In this document: positions 48,553 through 58,704 of the stretch, in pieces
How positions within the stretch are numbered: the first letter of the stretch is position 1
Layout of the letters: each line of letters begins with the position of its first letter
Assembly (NCBI GenBank): GCA_934140005.1
Contig: CAKPBB010000006.1
Location: forward strand, 2,604 to 66,603
DNA: 64,000 nt
Reading direction: 5' to 3'
From: an uncultured Clostridia bacterium
Lineage (GTDB): Bacteria > Bacillota > Clostridia > TANB77 > CAG-508
The notes under the pieces: generated by a model
Database searches by the model: none
Told to the model about the DNA's origin: nothing
Seen by the model: the letters and a program-made list of their open reading frames with translations, nothing else
Program-made: the position numbers and the translations under genes

Positions 48553-48568
48553 TTCTTCATAATCAAAC

Positions 48569-48600
48569 AAACCGTGAGTTTTAAGCTCACGGTTTATTTT
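48569..48600. terminator. Bidirectional intrinsic terminator
   Basis: AAACCGTGAG-TTTTAAG-CTCACGGTTT hairpin between convergent genes. Confidence 0.75.
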
Positions 48601-48610
48601 ACCTATTAAA

Positions 48611-49525
48611 TTATTTGTTAGATTTTTTTTCATTATCATTAAATATTTCTTTTACAGCTCCAAGTGAACTTAAAGCTGAAGTTGCTTCGAAAGGAATAAA
48701 TATTTTATTTGCATCACCTTTAGCTACTTCTTTTAAAGCTTCCAAAGATTTGATTTGAACTAGTTTTTCATCTGGATCTGCTTGTTTTATAGCATCATAT
48801 ACCATTTGAATTTCTTTTGCTTTAGCATTTGCAACTTCACGAATAGCTTCAGCTTCACCGGCAGCTCTCTTAATACGAGATTCTCTATCTGCTTCTGCGT
48901 CTAATATTGCAGCTTGCTTTCTACCTTCGGCAAGTGTAATTGCAGATTGTCTTTCACCTTCAGCTTGAAGAACTAAAGCTCTTTTATTTCTTTCAGCATT
49001 CATTTGTTTTTCCATTGCATCACGTATATCAGCTGGTGGTGTGATATCTTTAATTTCTACACGATCAATTTTACATCCCCATGCATCAGTTGCTTCGTCA
49101 AGAATAGCTCTTAACTTATCATTTATTAAATCTCTTGAACTAAATGTTTCATCTAATTCCATTTTACCAACAATATCACGAATTGTTGTGATTGCTAAGT
49201 ATTCAATACCTTTTTTTAAACTTTGAATTTCATAAACAGCCTTTGCTGGATCTGTTATTTTGTAGAATACAACTGTATCAATAGTAATTGTAACATTATC
49301 AGCAGTAATAACACCTTGTGGTGGAATATCCATTGTTTGTTGTTTTAAACTAACAACAGAACGAACTTTGTCGATAAAAGGTACAATAACAGTAAGACCA
49401 GCTTCTGCTACTTTGTGAAATCTACCTAATCTTTCAATAATGTATACTTCAGATTGTCTAACGATTTTAATTGTTTGTGATGCGATAAAAATAATAAGAA
49501 TAAGTAAAACTAATATAAATCCCAT
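48611..49525 (-). CDS. SPFH/band-7 (stomatin-like) membrane protein
   Basis: N-terminal TM helix plus an SPFH domain (IVRQSEVYIIERLGRFHK...), followed by an Ala/Glu-rich coiled coil. Confidence 0.9.
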   Translation of the reverse strand: MGFILVLLILIIFIASQTIKIVRQSEVYIIERLGRFHKVAEAGLTVIVPFIDKVRSVVSLKQQTMDIPPQGVITADNVTITIDTVVFYKITDPAKAVYEIQSLKKGIEYLAITTIRDIVGKMELDETFSSRDLINDKLRAILDEATDAWGCKIDRVEIKDITPPADIRDAMEKQMNAERNKRALVLQAEGERQSAITLAEGRKQAAILDAEADRESRIKRAAGEAEAIREVANAKAKEIQMVYDAIKQADPDEKLVQIKSLEALKEVAKGDANKIFIPFEATSALSSLGAVKEIFNDNEKKSNK

Positions 49526-49567
49526 AATTTCCTCCTAATATATATAATTTTAATTTTTAAAACATAA

Positions 49568-49993
49568 TTATAAAGGTCTAACGATAGCTTTTACACCATC
49601 AATTTTTTCTACCAACACTTCTGTATCTTTTGGAATAGGAATATCATTTGAAGATTTGGCTGACCAAACTTCACCATTTACTTTTATTTGACCTTTACCT
49701 TCAATAGGGTTTATGTCTAAAGTTACTTTACCAATTTTATTTTGAATTGAATATACATTTGTTTGAATATTCATATCTTTTTTGGTAACTTTTTGCACAA
49801 AGGATTTAGTTGCAAATAAAAGAATTGTTGATGAAATTAGAAATATAGTTGTTTGAATTATAGTGTTTTCAATAAAAAAGCTTGAACACATTGCAATTAG
49901 TGCACCTATTGAAAACCAGAATACTAAAAAACCAGTAGTTACAATTTCTAATGCTAAGAAAAATACTGCAAGAACTAACCAAATTTGCCACAT
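49568..49993 (-). CDS. nfeD: NfeD-family membrane protein
   Basis: TM helices plus a C-terminal OB-like domain (GKVTLDINPIEGKGQIKVNGEVWSAKS). Upstream partner of the SPFH gene. ATG 49993 follows GGAGG. Confidence 0.85.
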   Translation of the reverse strand: MWQIWLVLAVFFLALEIVTTGFLVFWFSIGALIAMCSSFFIENTIIQTTIFLISSTILLFATKSFVQKVTKKDMNIQTNVYSIQNKIGKVTLDINPIEGKGQIKVNGEVWSAKSSNDIPIPKDTEVLVEKIDGVKAIVRPL

Positions 49994-50166
49994 AGTAAAT
50001 TCCTCCATTTCTTCACAAATATAAACATACAATTACATTATAATATAAATTTAGCGAAAAATAAAGGAGTTTATAAAAAAATATACAATTTTTTCTTATA
50101 TTATTTACTTATTAAAGGTTTTGTGATATTTTAATTCTAAACTATGTATATGGAGATTGAAGACAA

Positions 50167-51348
50167 ATGAAAAGAAAAAATATAAGTAAATTTGCAAAAA
50201 GAAGAAGAATAGCTTTATTAGGCGTTATAGTATTTATTTTAATAATAATTATTAGTACAGTTTTGGAAAATTCGAATAAGCATAAAGTACCAGAAAAGGT
50301 ATCTTTACTTTTAAATAACCAATTAACTGAATTGAAGAAAGATATGTATGTAGATAATGATGAAATATATATGTCAAAAGAGGATATTGTTAATTTGTTT
50401 GATGATACATTATATTATAATGAAGCAGAAAAAGAATTGATTACTACATATAATACACATATTGCTTTATTAAAAGTTAATGAGGCTTTTATGGTTTTAA
50501 ATGATAGTAATGTAGAGTTAAAAGGTTGTTTAACTGAAAAAGAAAACACAGTTTATTTACCATTATCAGATATGGGAATTATATATGATGTTGATGTAGA
50601 ATACTCTTCTGAATATAATAGAGTTATTTTAGATTCTACAAAAGAAGAAAAGAAAAGATCAATTACATTAAAAAAAGCAAATGTATATGAAAAAGCAAGT
50701 ACTTTCTCTAAAAAAATAGAAAAGCTCAATATGAGCGAATATGTAATGATTTTGGGTACTGAAAAAAATTTTAAGAAAGTAAGAACTGAAAATGGAAATA
50801 TTGGCTATATAAAAGAAAAGAAAATCTCAGATGCAGAGATGATTAGAGAAAAGATGATTGAGAAAAAAACAGAATTTAATTATTTAAGTAATATTTCAGA
50901 AAAAAACTATAACTCAGCCGAATTAAGCAATGACAAGCAAAATATCATTTCACCAACATATTTTACACTTGATAAAGAACAAAAAATTATTGATAAAACA
51001 AATAGTAAAACAGATAGTTTTAATAAATTTACTAGTTGGACAAATGAAAACAATGTACAAGTTTGGCCAATAGTTACAAATTTGGCAAATGTTTCAGAAA
51101 ATTTATTAACCTATACTCAAAGAAATACTGTTATTAATAATATTTATCAATATTTAATGCAATATCAATTTCAAGGGGTATTCATAAAATTTGAAAAAAT
51201 AGATGATTGGAATAGTTTTAATAGATTTTTAATTGAGTTAAAGCCAAAATTAAAAGAGTCTGGATTAAAATTAGGTATTATTTATAATAGTGAAAATATT
51301 GAAAAATCAAAAATAGAAAATATAGCAGATTTGTTAATAGAGCAATAG
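50167..51348 (+). CDS. Membrane-anchored protein with stalk-like, SH3b-like and truncated or degenerate GH18-like regions
   Basis: ISPTYFTLD... and FQGVFIKFE resemble GH18 strands, but the DxxDxDxE acidic residues are mostly absent. Confidence 0.35.
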   Translation: MKRKNISKFAKRRRIALLGVIVFILIIIISTVLENSNKHKVPEKVSLLLNNQLTELKKDMYVDNDEIYMSKEDIVNLFDDTLYYNEAEKELITTYNTHIALLKVNEAFMVLNDSNVELKGCLTEKENTVYLPLSDMGIIYDVDVEYSSEYNRVILDSTKEEKKRSITLKKANVYEKASTFSKKIEKLNMSEYVMILGTEKNFKKVRTENGNIGYIKEKKISDAEMIREKMIEKKTEFNYLSNISEKNYNSAELSNDKQNIISPTYFTLDKEQKIIDKTNSKTDSFNKFTSWTNENNVQVWPIVTNLANVSENLLTYTQRNTVINNIYQYLMQYQFQGVFIKFEKIDDWNSFNRFLIELKPKLKESGLKLGIIYNSENIEKSKIENIADLLIEQ

Positions 51349-51392
51349 AAATAATGAGAATATAAAGAATTAGGAGAGGGTAAATTGTAAAA

Positions 51393-52487
51393 ATGAATAA
51401 GTCTAAGAAAAAAATAATATTTATAGTTATAGGAATTCTTATAGTATTAACAATAGTAGCAATTTCAAGTTTTACAGTATGGTATAAAAATAGTTTGAAG
51501 GCTATTTCAAAAAATTCTAAGGAAGGAACTGTAAGAATCACTATTCCAGAAAAAACATCAACTACTGATATAACAAAAATATTATATAATAAAGGTTTAA
51601 TAAAGAATGCTTTAGCAGTAAATATTTATATTAGAATAAATGGAATATCAAATTTACAAGCTGGAAAATATGAATTAAAAAGAAATGAAGATGTACCTAC
51701 AATAATTTCTCATATACAAAATGGTGATATTGCAAGTGATGAGGTAAAGATTACATTCATCGAAGGAAAAAATATGAGATGGATAGCTAAAAAAATTGCT
51801 GATAAAACTAATAATACTGAAGAAGATGTTTTCAATTTATTAAAAAATGAAGAATACATTGATTCTTTAATAGAAAAATATTGGTTTTTAACAGATGAAA
51901 TAAAAGATGAACAAATTTATTATCCACTTGAAGGCTATTTATTACCAGATACATATACTTTTGAAAATGATGATGTTTCTGTAAAAACGATATTTAATAT
52001 TATTTTAAATTATATGGACAAGAAGCTAACAAGTTTAAAAGAGCAAATAGAACAAAAAAATTATACAATTCATCAAATGCTAACACTTGCTTCAATGGCT
52101 GAATTAGAAGGAAAGTCTGATTCGGATAGAGCTGAGATAGTTGGTGTATTTTTTAACAGATTAAATCAAAATATGAGTTTAGGCAGTGATGTTACAACAT
52201 ATTATGCATTTAAAGTCGATATGGGAGATAGAAATCTAACTACAAATGAAATAAAAACATATAGTCCATATAATACAAGAGGGCCTCAAATGAATGGAAA
52301 AATTCCAATTGGACCAATATGCAATCCAAGTGTTTCTGCAATAAAAGCTGCTTTAAATCCTACAGAAAGTGATAATTTATACTTTGTAGCAGATAAAAAT
52401 GGAAAAGTATATTTTACAAAAACTTATGAAGAACATACAGAAATGATACAAAAACTAAAAGATGAAGGATTATGGTTTACATATTAA
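51393..52487 (+). CDS. mltG: Endolytic murein transglycosylase MltG (YceG-like)
   Basis: N-terminal TM helix and YceG motifs (LEGYLLPDTY, LASMAELEG, VFFNRL, SPYNTR). Confidence 0.9.
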   Translation: MNKSKKKIIFIVIGILIVLTIVAISSFTVWYKNSLKAISKNSKEGTVRITIPEKTSTTDITKILYNKGLIKNALAVNIYIRINGISNLQAGKYELKRNEDVPTIISHIQNGDIASDEVKITFIEGKNMRWIAKKIADKTNNTEEDVFNLLKNEEYIDSLIEKYWFLTDEIKDEQIYYPLEGYLLPDTYTFENDDVSVKTIFNIILNYMDKKLTSLKEQIEQKNYTIHQMLTLASMAELEGKSDSDRAEIVGVFFNRLNQNMSLGSDVTTYYAFKVDMGDRNLTTNEIKTYSPYNTRGPQMNGKIPIGPICNPSVSAIKAALNPTESDNLYFVADKNGKVYFTKTYEEHTEMIQKLKDEGLWFTY

Positions 52488-52493
52488 ATAAAA

Positions 52494-52537
52494 AGCAGAA
52501 ATATCAATTTTTTTAATTTTTGATAATTCTGCTTTTA
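52494..52537 (+). terminator. Intrinsic terminator after mltG
   Basis: AGCAGAAATATCAA and TTGATAATTCTGCT form a hairpin with one mismatch, followed by a T-run. Confidence 0.65.
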
Positions 52538-52656
52538 TATTGTCATTTTTGAAAAAATGTGTAACTAAATTATTAGTTATTGGTTATATATTATTGTAAA
52601 GTATTAACATTACAAATTGAATTTATATAAGATATAATGTGAAGGGGGAGAAAATT

Positions 52657-55518
52657 ATGAGAAGAATAAAGATTATTATATCAAGTATACTAATATTTTT
52701 AATTTTAGTACCATATTTTAATATGGTTTATGCTACTAATGAAATACAAAATTTTTCAAAACTTGAGGAAAATACTATAGAAGACAAAACGGTTACAAAA
52801 AATACAAATGCTAATGTTACAGAAAAAGAGATGACTATTGAAAATAGTGTAAATGCTAATGTAGCAAATAATACAATTTTGTCAAATACAATAACAAATA
52901 ATACTACTAATAGTACTAAAAATAATTCAGAAAATTCTGTAAAGAATAATGTAAGCAACAATGTAGAAAAAAATAATTCTAATAGTAGCAATACAACTAA
53001 AGATATGAATACTTCAAATACAAATAATAATGTTACGAAAGAAGAAAAAAAGAATAACACAGTAAACAATAATATAACAAATAAAGAATCTTTAAATGTA
53101 AGTAATAATTCAAATAGTAATTTAACTAATGTACAATCTGCAAACAAAAAAGGTAGAATGTGGTTAGATACAATTCAAGATAATCCAACCTATTATGTGC
53201 CAATGCAAAAGCAAATAAGTGTAGTAGGCTGGGCAATATCAAATGATAAAAATGCAAAAGTAAGAGTATATATAAATAATAAATTATATATATCAGAAAT
53301 GACTAGAACGCAAAGACCAGATGTAGATAAAATATCAGGGGAGTATGGTGGAACAGCAACAACCCAAAAAGCAGGGTATTCAAATAGAATAGATATATCA
53401 TCATTAGCAAATGGTAAATACACATTAAAAGTTGAACAAGTAAGTAGTGAAAATAAGGTATTATCTAGTGTTGAAAAGACTTTTTATATAAAAAGAGAAA
53501 ATGCTAGAGGTAGAATGTGGTTAGACACGATACAAAATAATCCAACTTATTATGTACCAACTCAAAGTACAATAAGTGTTGTTGGTTGGGCAATATCAAA
53601 TGATATAAATGCAAAAGTAAAAGTATATATAAATAATAAGTTATATATATCAAAAATGACTAGAACACAGAGACCAGATGTAGATAAAATATCAGGGGAG
53701 TATGGTGGAACAAATACAACATCAAAAGCGGGATATTCAAATAGAATAGATATATCATCTTTACCAGCTGGAAAATATACATTAAGAGTTGAACAAGTAA
53801 GTGGTGAAAATAAGGTATTATCTAGTGTTGAAAAAAATTTTTACATAGCAAAAGAAACTGCTAAAGGAACAATGTGGTTAGATACAATACAAAATAATCC
53901 TACATATTATACACCTACTCAAAAAACAATAAGTGTAGTAGGCTGGGCAATATCAAATGATAAAAATGCAAAAGTAAGAGTATATATAAATGATAAATTA
54001 TATGTATCAGAAATGACTAGAACACAAAGACCAGATGTAGATAAAATATCAGGGGAATATGGTGGAACTGCTACAACACCAAAAGCAGGATATTCAAATA
54101 GAATTGATATATCATCTTTATCAGTTGGAAATTATACTTTAAAAGTAGAACAAATAGATAAAGACAATAACGTTATTTCAAAAGTTGAAGCAAAATTTTC
54201 AATAAAAGAAGTAGAATATAAAGGAAATGAATGGCTAGATACAGTTACTGAAAAAGAAAAAATAATTGTACCAACAAAAGAAACTTTACGAGTAAGAGGT
54301 TGGGCAATATCAAATGACAAAAATGCAAGAGTAGAAATATCAATAGATGGCGTAGTTCAAGTTAAAAGTGCAAAACGTTTTTCAAGATCAGATGTAGATA
54401 AAATATCAGGAGAATATGGTGGAACATCTACAACACCAAAAGCAGGATATGATACAACTTTAGATATTGTTAATTTGCCAGAAGGAACACATACAGTTAC
54501 AGTAAAACAGATATCAAGTACAGGTAAAACAATATCTATAATTGAAAGAAGATTTATTATAGAAAGAGAAAAGTTTAATGGATATGTCGATATTGATTAT
54601 CCAATAAATTTACAACTATATACAACAAGTAATAAGACACTTTTAGTTGCTGGTTGGACTTTATCAACAGATGCTAAGGATACTGTAGAAATAAAAATAA
54701 ATGGAAAAAAATATTCTCCTAATAGATGGTATAGAAGTGATGTAAATTCAGCAGATTATGGAGGTAAATCTAAAAATCCAACTCCAGGTTATGGTTATCA
54801 GATAGATTTATCAAAATTTTCAGAAGGAACTTATACAGTTGAAGTAAGTGTAATATCAAGATGGGGAAAAGTAATTAGTTCTAGAAGTAGAAAAATTGAA
54901 ATTTCTTTTTCAAAATATGCTGGTGTTGATGTATCAAGACACAATGGAAAAATAGATTGGCAAACATTGAAAAATAAAGGAATTGAATTTGCAATTATAA
55001 GGATTGGTTATGGACAAAACTCAAATCAAAAAGATGACTATTTTGAATATAATTATTCTGAATGTAAAAAATATGGAATAAAAGTAGGAGTATACTTATA
55101 TAGTTATGCTATGAATGTAGAAGATTCAGAAAAAGAAGCTTTAAATTGCTTGAAGTGGTTAAATAATAAAAAACTAGATTTACCAATATACTATGATATA
55201 GAAAATGAAACTGATGGTTATCCACAACATACCATAGACAAAGGAACTTTAACAGAAATGGCTTTAACTTTTTTGAAAAAGATATCTTCTTCAGGATACA
55301 AAGCAGGGCTTTATTCTAGCAAATATTGGCTAGAATCAAAGTTTGATATGAGTAGAATAGAAAATAATTATTCTGTATGGGTAGCACAATATACATCACT
55401 AATGCAAACTTCATATAAAGGAAAATATGATATTTGGCAATGGCTTGATGGAAAAAATGATGAAATGATGGGTGGACTAGATAGAAACTGGTGTTATAGA
55501 AAATCTTTAATACATTAG
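52657..55518 (+). CDS. Secreted GH25 muramidase (autolysin) with an Asn-rich linker and five 119-aa tandem repeats
   Basis: C-terminal GH25 domain (GVDVSRHNGKIDWQTLKNKGIEFAIIRIGYG). ATG 52657 follows GGGGGAG. Confidence 0.85.
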   Translation: MRRIKIIISSILIFLILVPYFNMVYATNEIQNFSKLEENTIEDKTVTKNTNANVTEKEMTIENSVNANVANNTILSNTITNNTTNSTKNNSENSVKNNVSNNVEKNNSNSSNTTKDMNTSNTNNNVTKEEKKNNTVNNNITNKESLNVSNNSNSNLTNVQSANKKGRMWLDTIQDNPTYYVPMQKQISVVGWAISNDKNAKVRVYINNKLYISEMTRTQRPDVDKISGEYGGTATTQKAGYSNRIDISSLANGKYTLKVEQVSSENKVLSSVEKTFYIKRENARGRMWLDTIQNNPTYYVPTQSTISVVGWAISNDINAKVKVYINNKLYISKMTRTQRPDVDKISGEYGGTNTTSKAGYSNRIDISSLPAGKYTLRVEQVSGENKVLSSVEKNFYIAKETAKGTMWLDTIQNNPTYYTPTQKTISVVGWAISNDKNAKVRVYINDKLYVSEMTRTQRPDVDKISGEYGGTATTPKAGYSNRIDISSLSVGNYTLKVEQIDKDNNVISKVEAKFSIKEVEYKGNEWLDTVTEKEKIIVPTKETLRVRGWAISNDKNARVEISIDGVVQVKSAKRFSRSDVDKISGEYGGTSTTPKAGYDTTLDIVNLPEGTHTVTVKQISSTGKTISIIERRFIIEREKFNGYVDIDYPINLQLYTTSNKTLLVAGWTLSTDAKDTVEIKINGKKYSPNRWYRSDVNSADYGGKSKNPTPGYGYQIDLSKFSEGTYTVEVSVISRWGKVISSRSRKIEISFSKYAGVDVSRHNGKIDWQTLKNKGIEFAIIRIGYGQNSNQKDDYFEYNYSECKKYGIKVGVYLYSYAMNVEDSEKEALNCLKWLNNKKLDLPIYYDIENETDGYPQHTIDKGTLTEMALTFLKKISSSGYKAGLYSSKYWLESKFDMSRIENNYSVWVAQYTSLMQTSYKGKYDIWQWLDGKNDEMMGGLDRNWCYRKSLIH
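53152..54912 (+). repeat. Five in-frame tandem repeats of 357 bp (units start at 53152, 53509, 53866, 54223, 54580)
   Basis: Units 1-3 are near-identical (GRMWLDTIQxNPTYY...RPDVDKISGEYGG...). Units 4-5 are diverged. Confidence 0.9.
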
Positions 55519-55549
55519 AAATTTTAAATATTAAGATTAAATATTATTG

Positions 55550-55582
55550 GACTGTTTAAAAATATTTTAAGCAGTCTTTTTT
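55550..55582 (+). terminator. Intrinsic terminator after the GH25 gene
   Basis: GACTGTTTAAAA and TTTTAAGCAGTC form a hairpin followed by TTTTTT. Confidence 0.7.
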
Positions 55583-55633
55583 GTTCTAAAAAGAAAATAT
55601 AAACATATATAAATTATAAAGTGAGGAAAAATT

Positions 55634-56566
55634 ATGGTTTATATTGATTTTTTAGAAAATGAAGAAGAACTTTCTTTTTATAGTTTAAGAAAATATTGGA
55701 AAATTGTTAATAAGGTACGACTAATGTATTATAAAATTTTTAGAAAGGTAATTTCTACAAGTTTAGAAGATAAGACTGTTGTGTTATTGCCTAAACTAGA
55801 TAGTAGAAGTTTTAAAAAATTAGAACAGAAACTTTTACAAATGAATAGTAAAACAGTTTGCTTATCAAAGAAATTGGAAAATAATGATACATTGAAAGAT
55901 TTTTTGAATGAAAAAAATAAGGATATTTTAGATGGTAAATGGTTATTTTCTTATTTAGTTGAACACATTTTAGCATATATTGAAAAACAAACAGAGGAAA
56001 ATATTTCAGAACAGGAAATTGCAATTCTTACTAATGAAATAGATGAAAAGATAGCAGGTTGGATTATAAAATTAGCTTGTAAATATAAGAAGATAGAATT
56101 GATTACCAAAGAACCGTTGAAATTTAAGAAATTGGAAGAAAATTTGTATAATGAATATGGTATAGAATTAAATGTAACATATAATGAAAGAAAGAGTTTG
56201 AAAAATGCTGGTATTGTATTAAATTTTAATTTTGCAGAAGAGGCATTAAATAAATTTTCAATTAGCAAAAATGCAATAATCATAAATTTTGAACAAGAAA
56301 TTGCAATAGAGAATAGAAGCTTTAATGGAATTATTGTAAATGGTTATCACATACATTTGCCAACTAACTATTTTAAATATGTTATTCCATTTCAAAAATT
56401 TTCAAGTAATTTGATATATGAAAGTTTAATTTATAAAAAAACGAATTTTAATAATGTGTTGAAGCAAATTTTAGATGATAATGTAGAATTGCATTATTTA
56501 ATTGGAATAAGAGGCAAAATAAAGAATCAAGAGTTCAAAAGAAGAAAAAAACTACTGACAAATTAA
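55634..56566 (+). CDS. Hypothetical protein
   Basis: 310-aa ORF with an SD (GTGAGGAAA). No family recognised. Confidence 0.45.
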   Translation: MVYIDFLENEEELSFYSLRKYWKIVNKVRLMYYKIFRKVISTSLEDKTVVLLPKLDSRSFKKLEQKLLQMNSKTVCLSKKLENNDTLKDFLNEKNKDILDGKWLFSYLVEHILAYIEKQTEENISEQEIAILTNEIDEKIAGWIIKLACKYKKIELITKEPLKFKKLEENLYNEYGIELNVTYNERKSLKNAGIVLNFNFAEEALNKFSISKNAIIINFEQEIAIENRSFNGIIVNGYHIHLPTNYFKYVIPFQKFSSNLIYESLIYKKTNFNNVLKQILDDNVELHYLIGIRGKIKNQEFKRRKKLLTN

Positions 56567-56572
56567 ATTTTT

Positions 56573-56704
56573 AGAATAAATATATTGTTTTGAAATACCG
56601 CGTAAGCGACCAAACGAACAAAGTGAGTGCGAATGGAGCAATCTTCATATATTATAAAAAAGTAAGATTGCGACACCAAGGTATGAAAAACATATATTTA
56701 TTCT
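56573..56704 (+). repeat. Copy 2 of the three-copy intergenic element
   Basis: The 59-nt core is identical to copy 1. The closing stem (56573-56591 with 56687-56704) has one bulged T. The inner hairpin loop differs. Confidence 0.9.
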
Positions 56705-56806
56705 TATTTATAACTGAAATTTTTATTGCTGTAAATCTTGACAAATTAGAAAATAAACAGTATTATAGAATACAATGTAAGTAACAAATGAAAGGGGACT
56801 TATAAT

Positions 56807-57283
56807 ATGGGAGAAAAAGAATTTTTATTAACACAAGAAGGATACGATAAATTAGAAAAAGAATTAGATTATTTAAAAACAACAGAAAGATATGCAATAG
56901 CAGAAAGAATAAAAGTTGCTTTAGGATTTGGAGATTTATCAGAAAATTCAGAATATGATGAAGCAAAAAATGCACAAGCTGCAAATGAAAATAAAATTGC
57001 AGAACTAGAAGAAAAAATAAAATATGCTAGAGTAATTGATGAATCAGAAATTGATACAGAAGTTGTTCAAGTTGGAAATATTGTTAAAGTTTTAGATATG
57101 GAATTTGACGAAGAAATCGAGTATACAATAGTTGGTTCAACAGAGGTTGATTTAGCTCAAAACAAAATTTCAAATGAGTCACCAATTGGTCAAGCATTAC
57201 TAGGAAGAAAGAAAAATGAAATTGTTGATGTTCAAGCACCAGCTGGTGTATTAAAATTCAAAATATTAGAAATAACAAAATAG
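56807..57283 (+). CDS. greA: Transcription elongation factor GreA
   Basis: LTQEGYDKLEKELDYLK...GDLSENSEYDEAK...SPIGQALLGRKKNE. Confidence 0.95.
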   Translation: MGEKEFLLTQEGYDKLEKELDYLKTTERYAIAERIKVALGFGDLSENSEYDEAKNAQAANENKIAELEEKIKYARVIDESEIDTEVVQVGNIVKVLDMEFDEEIEYTIVGSTEVDLAQNKISNESPIGQALLGRKKNEIVDVQAPAGVLKFKILEITK

Positions 57284-57289
57284 AGTTAG

Positions 57290-57320
57290 AAAGGAGTATA
57301 GAAAATATACTCCTTTTAAA
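57290..57320 (+). terminator. Intrinsic terminator after greA (weak T-run)
   Basis: AAAGGAGTATA-GAAAA-TATACTCCTTT hairpin. Confidence 0.55.
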
Positions 57321-57371
57321 GTATATAAAGAATTATTTTGAATTAAATATAAGTAGAAAGGAATGTGTGTT

Positions 57372-57824
57372 ATGAAAAGAATAAGAGGAGCAGGTCTTGT
57401 AAAAATAAATGGTGGATATGCTTTTATGCATAGATTAAATGTAAAGCCTTCAGAAAATCCAAATAAACCTTATGGAGAATATTATGTTTTTCCAGGAGGT
57501 GGACTAGAAGGAAATGAAACAATTGAGCAATGTGTTGAAAGAGAAATTTTAGAAGAATTAGGAATTGTGGTAAAAGCAACAAAGAAATTATATACAAGAA
57601 TAACACCAGATGGAAATTTAGAGGAATATGTATATTTGTGTGATTATATTTCAGGCGAATTTGGAACAGGAAGAGGTCCAGAATTTTCAAATGATCCAAG
57701 ATATGCTGATAGAGGAGAATATATACCAACAATAGTAAAAAGAGAAGATATAAAAAATATTAGATTGATACCTGAAGAAAATAAGGAAAAATTAGTATCA
57801 GATATTGAAAATGGATTATTATAA
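57372..57824 (+). CDS. NUDIX hydrolase
   Basis: Nudix box GGGLEGNETIEQCVEREILEELGI. Confidence 0.85.
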   Translation: MKRIRGAGLVKINGGYAFMHRLNVKPSENPNKPYGEYYVFPGGGLEGNETIEQCVEREILEELGIVVKATKKLYTRITPDGNLEEYVYLCDYISGEFGTGRGPEFSNDPRYADRGEYIPTIVKREDIKNIRLIPEENKEKLVSDIENGLL

Positions 57825-57969
57825 ATAAATTTTTAGTTTATAATATAATAAAAATAATAATTTATAAAATTTATTAAAAAAATCTTAAGAAATTTATAAA
57901 AAATACTGCAAAATTTTTAGATTATATGATAAAATATGCGTGATAATAAAATAAAAGGAGAGAATAGTC

Positions 57970-58677
57970 GTGGTAGCTTATAAAAGAGTTTTACTAAAAT
58001 TAAGTGGAGAGGCTCTAGCAGGAGAAGCTGGAACAGGAATTGACCCAGAAATAATTGGTAATATATGTGATAAAGTTAAAGAAATTTTAGAAATGGGAGT
58101 TCAAGTATCAATTGTAGTTGGTGGGGGAAATTTTTGGAGAGGCCTAAAAAATGGTAAAAAAATGGCAGATAGATCAACAGCTGATTATATGGGAATGCTT
58201 GCAACTGCAATGAATGGTTTAGCACTTCAAGATGCTCTAGAAGCAAGAGGAGTTTATACAAGATTACAAACTGCTATTGAAATGAGAGAAATTGCAGAAC
58301 CATATATTAAAAGAAAAGCAGAAAAGCATTTGAACAAAGGAAGAGTTGTAATATTTGCTTGCGGTACAGGGCATCCATTTTTCTCAACAGACACAGCAGC
58401 AGCTTTAAGAGCAGCAGAAACAGAGTCAGAAGTTATATTACTTGCGAAAACAATTGATGGTGTATATTCTGCAGATCCAAAAATTGATAAAACAGCAGTT
58501 AAATATGATGAAATATCTTATAAAGATGTCCTTGCACAAGATTTAAAAGTTATGGATTCAACTGCAACGGCTTTATGCAAAGATAATAATATTCCATTAT
58601 TAGTTTTTGCAATAAGTGATCCAGAAAATATTGTAAGAGCTGTTAAAGGCGAAAAAATAGGAACAATTGTAAAATAA
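57970..58677 (+). CDS. pyrH: UMP kinase
   Basis: [39 protein letters not shown] start. Confidence 0.95.
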   Translation: MVAYKRVLLKLSGEALAGEAGTGIDPEIIGNICDKVKEILEMGVQVSIVVGGGNFWRGLKNGKKMADRSTADYMGMLATAMNGLALQDALEARGVYTRLQTAIEMREIAEPYIKRKAEKHLNKGRVVIFACGTGHPFFSTDTAAALRAAETESEVILLAKTIDGVYSADPKIDKTAVKYDEISYKDVLAQDLKVMDSTATALCKDNNIPLLVFAISDPENIVRAVKGEKIGTIVK

Positions 58678-58704
58678 ATATAAACAGATAGAAAGAGGTT
58701 TTTT

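Noticed and set aside
56590-56784. 64-aa ORF (MKYRVSDQTNKVSANGAIF...) from the six-frame track
   Set aside because: It lies entirely over repeat copy 2 and the greA upstream region and has no SD. The frame is not preserved in copy 3, where a 1-nt insertion shifts it. The corresponding stretch in copy 1 is not an independent ORF either.
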